The notes below the pieces were generated by a model, which saw nothing but the letters and a program-made list of their open reading frames with translations, did no database searches and was not told the DNA's origin. A program made the translations under genes and the position numbers. DNA of 64,000 nt from a virus (taxonomy: Duplodnaviria; Caudoviricetes). Positions 17,608-27,066 of the stretch are shown piece after piece. The stretch covers positions 1 to 64,000 of IMG/VR virus record IMGVR_UViG_3300044709_000184, one strand, 5' to 3'. How positions within the stretch are numbered: the stretch's first letter is position 1; every line of letters starts with the position of its first letter.

Positions 17608-18685
17608 GGCGACCCCCCTTGCCCTTGCCCTTGTGGGCCTTCGGCTTGCGGCGGCGGGTGGCGGGCGGTTTCGCTGGCGTGACCGGCCTCCACTGGGCGT
17701 CTTCCCAGATGATGTCGGCCGGTTCGGCCGCGGCCGGGGCGTCGACGTGCCGGGGGCAATCGGGGCGATGGTTGCCGGTCATGACGACCTCTTCGACCGG
17801 GCACAGCCCGCATGAGTCGGTCGACCCGGCCGGGGCACCCGACGTGGGCGGGGCAGGGCGCTGCTTCGGCGCCGGCATGGTCGCGTCGAGCTGGCGGCGC
17901 AGCACCGTCCCCAACGTCAACGCCACCCCACCCGGCCCGTCGGTCGCGTACGCGTTGAGCAGCCCCTGGTCGATCGCGGTCTGCCACCTGGCCCGCACCT
18001 CGGCGTGCCCGGCCGTCTCCAGCCCGTCGAGCAGCGCCGCGACCGGCTCGGTGACGGTCCGGTCGGTGAGGTGGGCGTCCGCGTCGCCCCCGTCGGCGTA
18101 GCCGGACTGCAGCTCCTCCGGCACGTACACGACGCCGCCGGTGGCATCGGCGGCGTGTTGGCGGGCGAGGCGGGCCACGCACCGGGCGAACAGGCAGTCG
18201 GCGGTGTAGTTGGCCCAGATGTCGTTTTCGAGCAGGCCGGCCAGGTTGGCCTCGTCGATGGTCCAGCGCACGGTGCCGCCCGGCTTGCCGTCGCCCCGCT
18301 CGATCTCGATGACCGCCTCGAGCCGGTCGGTGCGGTGGATGATGATGGCGTGCCCGGCGCGGCGCACCAGCATCTGGATCAGGCTGGCCTTCATCGCGAC
18401 CTGGCCTGACCCGTCGTAGTACAGCTCATCGAGGGCCGCCGCGATCGGGATACGCAGCCGGCGGGCCTGCATGATCGCTACGCCGATGTTGGCCGGCTTC
18501 CTGGCGTACTGCTCAGACAGCATCCCGTCCGAGGCGGCCAGCCATTCGGCCAGCTCCTTCATCTCGGCGAGGTTGTCGGGCCCGTCGTACTGGTCCATGG
18601 CGTGCAGCAGCGGCGCCAGCCGGACCGGGCTGGTGGCAGTTTCGGGTGGTGCGGCGCCGTCGACGACGGCGGTCAGGTCAGACAT
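17591..18685 (-). CDS. RecT-like ssDNA annealing protein
   Basis: KPAN, WT..EA..AGL, W..Y...LFAR...AR...D..GGVVY.PEEL; next to exonuclease. Confidence 0.75.
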   Translation of the reverse strand: MSDLTAVVDGAAPPETATSPVRLAPLLHAMDQYDGPDNLAEMKELAEWLAASDGMLSEQYARKPANIGVAIMQARRLRIPIAAALDELYYDGSGQVAMKASLIQMLVRRAGHAIIIHRTDRLEAVIEIERGDGKPGGTVRWTIDEANLAGLLENDIWANYTADCLFARCVARLARQHAADATGGVVYVPEELQSGYADGGDADAHLTDRTVTEPVAALLDGLETAGHAEVRARWQTAIDQGLLNAYATDGPGGVALTLGTVLRRQLDATMPAPKQRPAPPTSGAPAGSTDSCGLCPVEEVVMTGNHRPDCPRHVDAPAAAEPADIIWEDAQWRPVTPAKPPATRRRKPKAHKGKGKGGRRGGRR

Positions 18686-18827
18686 CGGGGGGTGCTCACT
18701 CTCTCGTTGATCCCCACCCCTTGACTCTGTACCGTGAGCCAGAGCGGCAGGTCGGCGAAATGGGTTTCGGGTCCTTCCGTGGGTGTTATGACCTCCCCCG
18801 CGTGTGATGGCGTCGGGGGAGGTCTTC

Positions 18828-19217
18828 CTATGTGGTGCGGGCCTTGCCGCGCCGGCCACGTCGACGCTGCGGGGTGACCCCGTCCGGGGCCAAGGCCCCG
18901 ACCTGGATGGCCGCCTCACGCACCGCCGGCCAGTCGAAGAGCTGTACGTTGCGCCCGTCGACCGGGATCGTGAACACCGGCCCCGGGAACCAGGGGGCCC
19001 GCGTCGACCACAACCGGCGGGCGGTCTGCTCGGCCGGGTCACCGGCCCCGGTGCGGTAGCCGAGCCGGTCAGCGATGCCGAGGTAGCCGATCACCTCGAC
19101 GCCCTGCCACAGGCCGTAGGTGCCGGCCCGCATGGCGTGCAGCGCCTCCCGGCTGGGGGCGGCGCGCAGCCTCAAGGTGCGGCCGCGGCCGGTGTGGATC
19201 AGAACAGTGGTCGTCAT
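18828..19217 (-). CDS. Putative DNA-binding protein
   Basis: IGYLGIADRLG HTH-like segment, basic tail. Confidence 0.55.
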   Translation of the reverse strand: MTTTVLIHTGRGRTLRLRAAPSREALHAMRAGTYGLWQGVEVIGYLGIADRLGYRTGAGDPAEQTARRLWSTRAPWFPGPVFTIPVDGRNVQLFDWPAVREAAIQVGALAPDGVTPQRRRGRRGKARTT

Positions 19218-19266
19218 GCCGCAGGGTTACCTTCCGTCGTCGGGGGGCGGGTCCAGGCCCGTTTAC

Positions 19267-19295
19267 AGGCTATCCGCCATGGCATATGTCGTCAA
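19267..19295 (-). promoter_or_regulatory. SigA-type promoter
   Basis: TTGACG-N17-TAGCCT. Confidence 0.6.
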
Positions 19296-19325
19296 CGCGG
19301 GTCGTGGGGCGTGAGGCGATACGCC

Positions 19326-19826
19326 TTACGCCGCGACCAGCTCATCGTCCGCGTCGACTGCCTCACCGGGCGGGGTCGGGCAGCTGGCGAACAGGCGCTG
19401 CACGGTGCGTTCCGACAGGCGGATCCGGGCGCCGATTCCCTCCGCGGTGAGCCCGGCGTCACGGAGCCGCCCGACGACCGTGCGGACCTCGGCCGGGGTG
19501 AGCCGGGCCGGCAGCGGCTGCCACCGCCACGCCCGCCACAGGGCGGCCTGCACGTCACCTTCGTCGACGTCGAACGGACTACGCGGCTGGGGGCCGTCGT
19601 CGGGGGGTGGTGGCTGGGCGGCCAAACGCTCCGCTTCCCGGGCCTCCCGCCGGACCCGGTAGGCGACCATGTAGGCCATCACGTCAGGGCACCGGCAGTG
19701 GTGCTGGCTGTAGGCCCGGTAGCTGCCGTGCCGGTCACCCGGGCAGGCCGGGTCGAGGGGTTCGGTGCTGATGCCCCGCAACTCCGGCAGCGGGGCCAGG
19801 GCGGCCGCGGTCACGTAGGTGGTCAT
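19326..19826 (-). CDS. HTH DNA-binding protein with HG..Y..CRC motif
   Basis: LTAEGIGARIRLSERTVQR. Confidence 0.7.
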   Translation of the reverse strand: MTTYVTAAALAPLPELRGISTEPLDPACPGDRHGSYRAYSQHHCRCPDVMAYMVAYRVRREAREAERLAAQPPPPDDGPQPRSPFDVDEGDVQAALWRAWRWQPLPARLTPAEVRTVVGRLRDAGLTAEGIGARIRLSERTVQRLFASCPTPPGEAVDADDELVAA

Positions 19827-20422
19827 GATGCCTCCAGATCGAACAGTCCCTGCGGCACCCACCGCCCGTGCTGGTCGAAGAAACCCGGGTCGCGGGGGCG
19901 GGGGGCGGCGAGGGTGGCGGGGCACAGGGTGCGGTGCACGATCGGCCTGGCCAGCTGCCGCCACGGCTGGGCCAGCTTGGCCCGCAGCTTCGCCTCCGCG
20001 TCGTCGATCTCAGACGACCGCAGCGCCTCGTAGTGGGCGGTGGCGCCCATGTCGGGCAGCCCGGCCAGGGCCCACACCCGGTGGTACAGGCCGGCCGCGA
20101 CGGTGTTGAGCGGCACCGCCGTCGACACCTCACACAGGGCCACGCAACACTCGACCGCCGTGGCGGGCCGGGTGTCACCGCCGGCAGCGACCCGCTCGAG
20201 CAGCTCACGGCAGTGGGCTTGGAACACCACCGGCGCCCGGGTCAGCAGGCCCGTCGTGGGCCGTAGCAACAGGAACGCGTGCCAGATCGGGTCGGCCGCG
20301 TCGGGGTGGCGGGCCATGGCCGCCTCGATCTCGGCCTCGGCGTCGAAGGTTTCGAACACCCGCCGGTCGACTACCCGGACCAGCGCGGCCAGGTCGTGGG
20401 GCAGGTCGTCCAGGTCGAACAT
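19823..20422 (-). CDS. Conserved actinomycete plasmid-type protein
   Basis: HCRELLERVAAG.DTRPAT.VE motif. Confidence 0.65.
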   Translation of the reverse strand: MFDLDDLPHDLAALVRVVDRRVFETFDAEAEIEAAMARHPDAADPIWHAFLLLRPTTGLLTRAPVVFQAHCRELLERVAAGGDTRPATAVECCVALCEVSTAVPLNTVAAGLYHRVWALAGLPDMGATAHYEALRSSEIDDAEAKLRAKLAQPWRQLARPIVHRTLCPATLAAPRPRDPGFFDQHGRWVPQGLFDLEAS

Positions 20423-20427
20423 GGGGG

Positions 20428-20805
20428 TCACGCAGCTCTCAGGACGGTGGTGGGTACGCAGTCCAGGCACTCGCCGAACTTGCGGGGGATGTAGTACGGG
20501 CGCACCTGCCCGCAGGTCGAGCAGGTGCGACGAGCGGCCAGGGCCTTCTCCACGGCGACCAGTTGGGCCGGGGTGGCGGTGCGCTTCTTCACCGCACGGG
20601 CCACCTCGTACAGGTACGCGACCCGCTCGCCACCGACCCCGCTCCACAGGATCTGGGCGACGATGTCCTGCCCGCCGGGGGCCAGGCCGGCCTTCCGGAG
20701 CTGGCGGCGGGTCGCCAACCCGGCCGGGGCGCCCTTCCACCAGTACGTCGGCACCGGGTGCCGTTCGGCGTCCGGGTCGTGGTAGGCGCGGCGGATGCGG
20801 CTCAT
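20428..20805 (-). CDS. RRQRL-motif zinc-binding protein
   Basis: AP.GLATRRQLR..GL.PGG; CxxC...CxxC. Confidence 0.8.
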   Translation of the reverse strand: MSRIRRAYHDPDAERHPVPTYWWKGAPAGLATRRQLRKAGLAPGGQDIVAQILWSGVGGERVAYLYEVARAVKKRTATPAQLVAVEKALAARRTCSTCGQVRPYYIPRKFGECLDCVPTTVLRAA

Positions 20806-21287
20806 GACCCGACCTCACACAGGTCGGCCCAGGCAGCGGCGATGTTGACGTTGGTGTGGCGTTGTTCGCCGATGCCGGCGCAGGCCTCGTACACGTCCTG
20901 CACGTACACGTCCAGGGGTCGCAGGGCCTCGTCGAGGCGGGCCAGGTACGCCCGGGGGAGCACCCCGTACACGGGGGCGGGCCAGTCGATACCCCGGGCG
21001 AGGGCCTGCGCGGTGAGGGTCGCCGCGGTGACCGCGCCAGGGTCGTCGATGCTCAGGTCGTACGGGTCGAGGATCTGGTCCGGGTCGACCAGGCCGTGGC
21101 GGGCCGACAGGATCAGCACCCGGGCCGGGCGGCCCTCAGCCCGGTCGATCGCGGCGAGCCGCTCCACGTTGGTGAGGGTGTGGCGGAACATCTGCCCGAC
21201 GTACAGGTCACGGGCCGGGGCCGGCTGGTCGAGCTTGGCGCCGCCGCACGGGACCACGTAGGTGATGCCGTCGTAGGTCGGGGCCAT
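20802..21287 (-). CDS. DUF6884-like protein
   Basis: VPCGGAK...ARDLY.G..F; ILSARHGLV; PYD. Confidence 0.75.
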   Translation of the reverse strand: MAPTYDGITYVVPCGGAKLDQPAPARDLYVGQMFRHTLTNVERLAAIDRAEGRPARVLILSARHGLVDPDQILDPYDLSIDDPGAVTAATLTAQALARGIDWPAPVYGVLPRAYLARLDEALRPLDVYVQDVYEACAGIGEQRHTNVNIAAAWADLCEVGS

Positions 21288-21288
21288 G

Positions 21289-21654
21289 TCAGCACTCCCC
21301 GGCGTGGGTGGCGAAGCAGCGGGGGCAGGCAGCGGCCCGTACCTTGGCCAGGTCGCGGGCGTTGGCCTGGGCCTGGGCCGCGTCCCGTACGGCGGTGTTG
21401 TGGGTCGCCACGGCGGCGTTGTACTCGTCGATCTCGCGGTTGTAGCGGGCCTCGGCGATCTGCTCGGCCTCGGTGCGGGGCCGTAGCAGCGCGTCGCGTA
21501 CGGCCAGGGCGGCCTGCTCGAAGCGGGCGACGCCGCGTCCGGCCAGGGCCAGGGTGAGTGCGCGGTTGGCGGCGTCGATGGCGGCCAGCTCGGCCCGGAG
21601 GTGTGCTGGCGCGGTCGGCGCTACCCGGTTGAACGGGGCAAGGGTGGTGGTCAT
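21289..21654 (-). CDS. Hypothetical protein with terminal CPRCF..H..C
   Basis: GAGGAG RBS behind a promoter. Confidence 0.7.
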   Translation of the reverse strand: MTTTLAPFNRVAPTAPAHLRAELAAIDAANRALTLALAGRGVARFEQAALAVRDALLRPRTEAEQIAEARYNREIDEYNAAVATHNTAVRDAAQAQANARDLAKVRAAACPRCFATHAGEC

Positions 21655-21677
21655 CTGGCGCTCCTCAGTGGACTCTG

Positions 21678-21717
21678 CCGTTACGCATACTGTAATCCAT
21701 GTCGGCAGGCGATACAA
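21678..21717 (-). promoter_or_regulatory. Promoter (TTGTAT-N17-TACAGT) with TTAC-N7-GTAA palindrome
   Basis: Second copy of the 14304-14341 motif. Confidence 0.72.
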
Positions 21718-21723
21718 GACGGG

Positions 21724-22140
21724 TCAGGCGGCAGGCCGGGGACGCTGGGCCACGAGGGCTTTCAGCTCCCGCTCGATGCGCCGCGAGTACAGGTCGGCCG
21801 GGCGCCACACGTCGACGTCGCGGCCGTTGGCCCGCAGACACGCGATCCAGGCCCGCTGCTCCGGGGTGGTCGACTCGGCCTGGCCCTTGCACTCCCGCCA
21901 CAAGATGCCCCCGCCGGCCGGGTCGGCGATGAACAGGTCGAGCCAGCCCTTGCCCTGCCACCGGGCCGGGGTGTACCAGCGCCACCGTTTGGCCCGGTCG
22001 TCCCAGATCCGGACCCGCTGGAAGTGGGCCACCCACAACCCCAACGGCTGGGCGATCGCGTACACGGTCTCGGCGAGGGCCTCACCGGTCAGCCCCAGTT
22101 GCAGGGCAGCCGGTGCGGCACGTCGGGCTTTGGCGGTCAT
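21724..22140 (-). CDS. VRR-NUC-like nuclease
   Basis: GWLDL...RECK...EQ..W...VWRP.D. Confidence 0.75.
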   Translation of the reverse strand: MTAKARRAAPAALQLGLTGEALAETVYAIAQPLGLWVAHFQRVRIWDDRAKRWRWYTPARWQGKGWLDLFIADPAGGGILWRECKGQAESTTPEQRAWIACLRANGRDVDVWRPADLYSRRIERELKALVAQRPRPAA

Positions 22141-22589
22141 GCTGCTGGCCTTTCGTGGAGGTAGTCGACCAGGCCGTCGTCGCCGAGCAGGGCCCGGCGG
22201 CCGCGGTACAGGACGGGTGAGGTGGCCGGGTCGTCGCCCTCGCGGAGCACGAGCCCCATCACGAGCGCGGCGGCGGGGTGGTGGCCGATCCACTGGTGGC
22301 AGGCCCGGCAGGCGTGCATCACGTCGGAGAGCCGGTCATGGTCGGCCTTCGCGGCACCGTGGCGGCCGCCCGTCTTGGTGGTGATGCGGTGCGACGGGTC
22401 GGTGGCCTTGCCCAGACAGCCGGGCAGGGTCAGCTCACACCAGTTGCCCGACCGGACGGTGAGGGCAGCTGACGTGTCGGCCGGTACGGCAGGCTGCCAC
22501 CGGCGGGGTCGGGCCGTGGTGCGACGTGCCGGCGGCCGGCCAGGGGCCAGACCGCCGGTACGCCGCATCTGTTTGCGGCGGGACAGCAT
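22137..22589 (-). CDS. HNH-like endonuclease
   Basis: CE...C...HR...GG...CRACHQWI. Confidence 0.65.
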   Translation of the reverse strand: MLSRRKQMRRTGGLAPGRPPARRTTARPRRWQPAVPADTSAALTVRSGNWCELTLPGCLGKATDPSHRITTKTGGRHGAAKADHDRLSDVMHACRACHQWIGHHPAAALVMGLVLREGDDPATSPVLYRGRRALLGDDGLVDYLHERPAA

Positions 22590-22592
22590 CGG

Positions 22593-23171
22593 TCAGTCGC
22601 CGTAGCCGTGGTGCTGGCCGCAGCAGTCGTCGTGGTCGGCGTCGCACGGGCCGGCGGTGTAGACCCGGCCCCGGGCCTTGCATGCGTGGCCGCACTGGCG
22701 TGGCGCCGGCGCGAGACAGAACCGGTGGTCGTCCCGGTCACACCCGGCCCGACGTACCTCGTCCTGGCACACGTCGACGTGCAGCAGGGCCCGGCCCGGG
22801 CCGTAGGCGAGCCAGCCGCCGCACTCGCAGCGGTACTCGACCTGCTCGACGGCCATACGGGGCAGCAGCTCGCCGAGGCGGAGCAGCGCCGTCCAGGCCG
22901 CGTTGCGGTCCTCATCGACGGCTATCCCGGTGATGGTGTCGGCGGCCTGGGCGACCAGGTCGGCCAGGGCCACACCGGACATCAGCCAGTCATCGGCGCC
23001 GGCCAGGTCGTGGGTGACCTCGAGACCGGTGGCCAGGTGGGTGGCGACGACCACGACCCGGTCGGTGGCGTCGTCGGGGTCGTCGGTCAGTTCGTGGGTG
23101 AGGGACCAGGTTCCGTCGGGCGTGATGCGGTCGCCCGCATCGTGGCCCGGGCGCACCAGGGTCAGGGTCAT
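22593..23171 (-). CDS. Cys/His-rich hypothetical protein
   Basis: Start chosen downstream of the promoter. Confidence 0.65.
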   Translation of the reverse strand: MTLTLVRPGHDAGDRITPDGTWSLTHELTDDPDDATDRVVVVATHLATGLEVTHDLAGADDWLMSGVALADLVAQAADTITGIAVDEDRNAAWTALLRLGELLPRMAVEQVEYRCECGGWLAYGPGRALLHVDVCQDEVRRAGCDRDDHRFCLAPAPRQCGHACKARGRVYTAGPCDADHDDCCGQHHGYGD

Positions 23172-23210
23172 GGGAGGTGCCTCCAGCTTGTGTTCGTACG
23201 GGACAGGGTT

Positions 23211-23307
23211 TGCTGAGTTAGACACTAGTCACCATGCGAAATGTAGTCAACACGGGTCCCACCCCGTGTTGACTACATTTTCTATGGCGACTAGTCTGAC
23301 CTCAGCA
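23211..23307. promoter_or_regulatory. 97-bp imperfect palindrome carrying twin divergent promoters
   Basis: Perfect 18-bp arms 23239-23256/23263-23280; TTGACT-N17-TAGTCT (+) and TTGACT-N17-TAGTGT (-). Confidence 0.85.
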
Positions 23308-23341
23308 GACCCCATGACCGTCCACACAGGAGGTCCCCCCG

Positions 23342-23770
23342 ATGCTCCAGGACCAGCAGTACTACCCAGTCCTTGTGACCTTGACTGACGTGCACGTGCT
23401 GTGGGTCGAGGCCGGCAGCCCCGGCGAAGCCGTGGACTCCGTCCGTGACCATTGCCCCGTCGACGTCGCCCGTGACCACAACCCCACCCGGGCCGACTGC
23501 GACTGGCGGGTCGAAACCCCCACCAACACCTACGAATGGGGTCTGGTCACCGACGTCGGCGGCCACGGCTACGAAGGCACCCCCTACGACGCTCACGTCC
23601 TGACCCACCGCGCCTACCTGGCGGGCCTAGAGCAGGCCGCCCGCCGCGCGGCGTGCACCGCGGCCGGGCATCCCGTCCCAGCCGACGCAACCGGCCCGTT
23701 GACGTGGGCCGACTACTGCGGCAACTGCGGTCCGATCGACCCAGCCGCCCGTACGGCGGTCGCGGCATGA
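23342..23770 (+). CDS. Hypothetical protein
   Basis: AGGAGG RBS. Confidence 0.7.
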   Translation: MLQDQQYYPVLVTLTDVHVLWVEAGSPGEAVDSVRDHCPVDVARDHNPTRADCDWRVETPTNTYEWGLVTDVGGHGYEGTPYDAHVLTHRAYLAGLEQAARRAACTAAGHPVPADATGPLTWADYCGNCGPIDPAARTAVAA

Positions 23771-24141
23771 CCGACCTTGTCGACCTGCTCCGGCGGGCCA
23801 TCAACGACCCGGGCCAGTTCTGCCCCCGCGACCGCCGGCCCGACACCTCCGGCATCGGCGACTGGGAGTACGAGCCGATCGGGGCGTGGGGCGCCCGGGC
23901 TGCCGCGATCGCCCTCGCCGACGCGGGCTGCCTGGCCCCTGCTGGCCAGACACGGGAACAGTTCCGGGTGGTCTACGGCCACCGTCTGGGCCACCCGGTG
24001 ATGTGGTCAGAGAACTGGCCCACCTGGGACGGCGCCGAGTCGTCCCGGCTGGCGGCCGTCGCCGTGGGCTACACCGACGCGACGATCCAGAAGCGCACCG
24101 TCGGCGAGTGGATGCCGGTCGAGGTGCCCGATGGCCAGTGA
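23767..24141 (+). CDS. Hypothetical protein
   Basis: ATGA-coupled. Confidence 0.65.
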   Translation: MTDLVDLLRRAINDPGQFCPRDRRPDTSGIGDWEYEPIGAWGARAAAIALADAGCLAPAGQTREQFRVVYGHRLGHPVMWSENWPTWDGAESSRLAAVAVGYTDATIQKRTVGEWMPVEVPDGQ

Positions 24142-24316
24142 TGAGGTCGTGCTCCGCCTGACCCGGGCTGAGGCCGGCGCCCTGTTCGGCATGGTCGTGG
24201 CCGGCGAGCAGGAATGGCTCGACGTTGTCGACCAGGACCCGGACGCCTCACCCCAGAAGAAGACCGCCACCCACGCCGCCGGCCGCCGGGCCAAGCAGAA
24301 GCTGCGCGACGCATGA
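24131..24316 (+). CDS. Hypothetical protein
   Basis: GAGGTG RBS; coupled to dnaB. Confidence 0.6.
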   Translation: MASDEVVLRLTRAEAGALFGMVVAGEQEWLDVVDQDPDASPQKKTATHAAGRRAKQKLRDA

Positions 24317-25695
24317 CCGCCACCGAGCACGAGCCCCCGCGCGACCCGCCTGCCGATCGGGGGTTTGACCGCACCCCGCCGCAGGACATGCCGGCGGAGC
24401 AGTGCGTGCTGGGCGGCATGATGCTGTCGAAGGACGCCATCGCCGACGTGGTCGAGATCGTCCGGTCGGGCGACTTCTACCGCCCAGCCCACGCCGCCGT
24501 GTTCGACGCGATCCTCGACCTGTACGGCCGGGGCGAGCCGGCCGACATTGTGATGGTCGCCGACGCCCTCACCAAGGCCGGTGACCTCGCCCGGGTCGGC
24601 GGCGGCCCGTACCTGCACACCCTGATCTCAGCCGTACCGACCGCCGCGAACGCGGCCTACTACGCCCGCATCGTGGCGGAGCGGGCGCTGCTGCGACGGC
24701 TGGTCGAGGCCGGCACCCGCATCGTCCAAATGGGCTACGGCGCCGCGTCCGGTGAGGGCCGCGACGTCGACGACGTGGTCGACCTGGCCCAGCAGACCAT
24801 GTACGACCTGACCGAGCACCGCGGCCAGGGCGACGGCTTCGAAACACTGGCCGCCCTGCTCCAGCCGGCCCTCGACGAGATCGAAGCGGTCGGGTCGCGG
24901 GAAGGTCTGATGTCCGGTGTCCCGACCGGGTTCGGTGACCTGGACCGTCTGCTACAAGGTCTGCACCCGGGGCAGCTCATCGTGATTGCCGGCAGGCCTG
25001 GCCTCGGGAAGAGCTGCCTGAGCCTAGATTTTTCCCGCAACGCCGCGATCCGCCACGGGCAGGCCAGTGCGATCTTCTCGCTGGAGATGTCGAAAATTGA
25101 GATCGTCACCCGGCTGTTGGCGGCCGAGGCCCGGGTGGCGTTGCATGTGCTCCGGTCGGGGCAGCTGTCCGACGACGACTGGACCCGGTTGGCCCGCCGC
25201 ATGGGTGAGATCGCCGAGGCCCCACTGTTCGTCGACGACACCCCGAACATGACCCTCATGGAGATCAGGGCCAAGGCCCGGCGGCTGCGTCAACGCCACG
25301 ACCTCAAGCTGGTCGTCGTGGACTACCTGCAGCTGATGACCTCACCGAAGCGGGTCGAGTCCCGGCAGACCGAGGTGGCCGAGATTTCCCGCGGGTTGAA
25401 GCTGCTGGCCAAGGAAATCGAGTGCCCCGTGATCGCCGTGTCGCAGCTCAACCGGGGCCCGGAGCAGCGCACCGACAAACGGCCCCAGCTGTCCGACCTT
25501 CGCGAGTCGGGGGCGATCGAGCAGGACGCCGACGTGGTGATCCTGCTGCACCGCGACGACTACTACGACCGCGAGTCCCCCCGCGCGGGTGAGGCAGACC
25601 TGATCGTGGCCAAGCACCGCAACGGCCCCACCGACACGGTCACCGTCGCGGCGCAGCTGCACTTCTCCCGGTTCGTCGACATGGCCATCAACTGA
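24313..25695 (+). CDS. dnaB: Replicative DNA helicase
   Basis: AEQCVLGG, GRPGLGKS, FSLEMS, VVDYLQLM, SQLNR, DLRESGAIEQDAD, KHRNGP. Confidence 0.96.
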   Translation: MTATEHEPPRDPPADRGFDRTPPQDMPAEQCVLGGMMLSKDAIADVVEIVRSGDFYRPAHAAVFDAILDLYGRGEPADIVMVADALTKAGDLARVGGGPYLHTLISAVPTAANAAYYARIVAERALLRRLVEAGTRIVQMGYGAASGEGRDVDDVVDLAQQTMYDLTEHRGQGDGFETLAALLQPALDEIEAVGSREGLMSGVPTGFGDLDRLLQGLHPGQLIVIAGRPGLGKSCLSLDFSRNAAIRHGQASAIFSLEMSKIEIVTRLLAAEARVALHVLRSGQLSDDDWTRLARRMGEIAEAPLFVDDTPNMTLMEIRAKARRLRQRHDLKLVVVDYLQLMTSPKRVESRQTEVAEISRGLKLLAKEIECPVIAVSQLNRGPEQRTDKRPQLSDLRESGAIEQDADVVILLHRDDYYDRESPRAGEADLIVAKHRNGPTDTVTVAAQLHFSRFVDMAIN

Positions 25696-25709
25696 AAGGA
25701 CCCACCGCG

Positions 25710-26306
25710 GTGACCGCCCTGCACCATCACCTGATGAACGTGACCGCCCTCACCGACAACCCGCCCGACCAGGACCCGACCAGCGGCGTGCAGTACGCGG
25801 TGCTCGACCCGGACGGCCAGCACCACACCTACGGCGACCAGTCGTGGGTCAAGTACGGCGGCCCGATCCAGGACGGGTCACACCCCGGTGGGCGGATCCA
25901 GAGCCGCACCGTCACCGTCACCTACGGCCCGTGGGTCGACCACCACGAGACAGTCAACCCGCCGGTCCTTGCCGGGTTCGCTGAGCACTACGGCGTCCGG
26001 GTGGCCATCATCGGCGACGACGGTGAGACGTTCGTCGCGATGGGCCGGGTCGAGAAGCGGCGAGCCCTGGCCGCGTTTGCCCGCATGTGCCGGGTCGACC
26101 TGGGCTGGCTCATGGGGGCCGAAATCTCACACCGCATCAGCGTCGAGGATCTGCGACACGAACTGTGGACCGTGGCCACGGTCTGCGGCGACTGCGCCGG
26201 TGACCCGGAGTGCGGCGGGTGCGCAGAAGTCCAGGCCGCCGACTGGTGGCTGCGGCCCGCCATCGCCGGTGAGGCCGCGTTCCCGGTGACCGTGCTGGTG
26301 GTGTGA
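25710..26306 (+). CDS. Hypothetical protein (CxxC x2)
   Basis: GAAAGGA RBS. Confidence 0.65.
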   Translation: MTALHHHLMNVTALTDNPPDQDPTSGVQYAVLDPDGQHHTYGDQSWVKYGGPIQDGSHPGGRIQSRTVTVTYGPWVDHHETVNPPVLAGFAEHYGVRVAIIGDDGETFVAMGRVEKRRALAAFARMCRVDLGWLMGAEISHRISVEDLRHELWTVATVCGDCAGDPECGGCAEVQAADWWLRPAIAGEAAFPVTVLVV

Positions 26307-26376
26307 GCGCGGGTCGCGTGGAACACATCAGTGATGCCGACTAGCCTGACCCGGCACTGCGAGGAGGGGGTTTTCT

Positions 26377-27066
26377 GTGAGTCTGTCCCGTCTGGACCTG
26401 GTCGGGGTGCCGGCCATCACCCTGCGCAACCCGTGGGCTTTGGCCGTGGCCAGGTTGGGCAAGACGGTCGAGAACCGCACCTGGGCCCCCCCGACTGGCC
26501 GGCTGCTCATCCACGCCGGGAAGGGCGACGACCCGGCCGGCTACCGCCACCTCGAGCAGCTCGGGCACCGTCGGGCAACGGTCGTCGACCAGGTGGTCCG
26601 GTCGGCGATCGTCGCGGTGACCACAGTGGACACGGTGTGCCACGTGTCGGAGGCGCCAGAGTCAGGCGGCCGGTGCGAATGCCCGACCGACTGGGCGACG
26701 CCGGGGCAGGTCCACTGGTGCCTGACCGGCGCCGTCCCGCTCCCGGAACCGGTGCCATGCCCGGGTCGGCAGGGCATCTGGTACCCGCCCGGGCACGTCC
26801 TGGACGAGGTGGCCGCGTCGCTGGCCCTCACCCAGCAGGCCCCACTGGTGTGCACCGGCCGCCGGGTCGACCGGCAGGGACGGGCACAGGGGGCCCGGTG
26901 CGGCAACCAGTTCCCGCCGGCGCCGGGGGAGACGTACCCGGCGATGGAACTCCGGGCCCGCACCCTGGGTTGGAAGGTCGCCCCGGTCCCAGGCGACGGG
27001 GCGATGCCCCACGCAATGTGCCGGTCCTGCGCCGCCCCGGCCGAGGCGAAGGTCCGACCGTCATGA
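26377..27066 (+). CDS. ASCH-domain protein with C-terminal Zn finger
   Basis: ITLRNPWA...GKTVENRTW...LLIHAG...GRQGIW. Confidence 0.8.
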   Translation: MSLSRLDLVGVPAITLRNPWALAVARLGKTVENRTWAPPTGRLLIHAGKGDDPAGYRHLEQLGHRRATVVDQVVRSAIVAVTTVDTVCHVSEAPESGGRCECPTDWATPGQVHWCLTGAVPLPEPVPCPGRQGIWYPPGHVLDEVAASLALTQQAPLVCTGRRVDRQGRAQGARCGNQFPPAPGETYPAMELRARTLGWKVAPVPGDGAMPHAMCRSCAAPAEAKVRPS

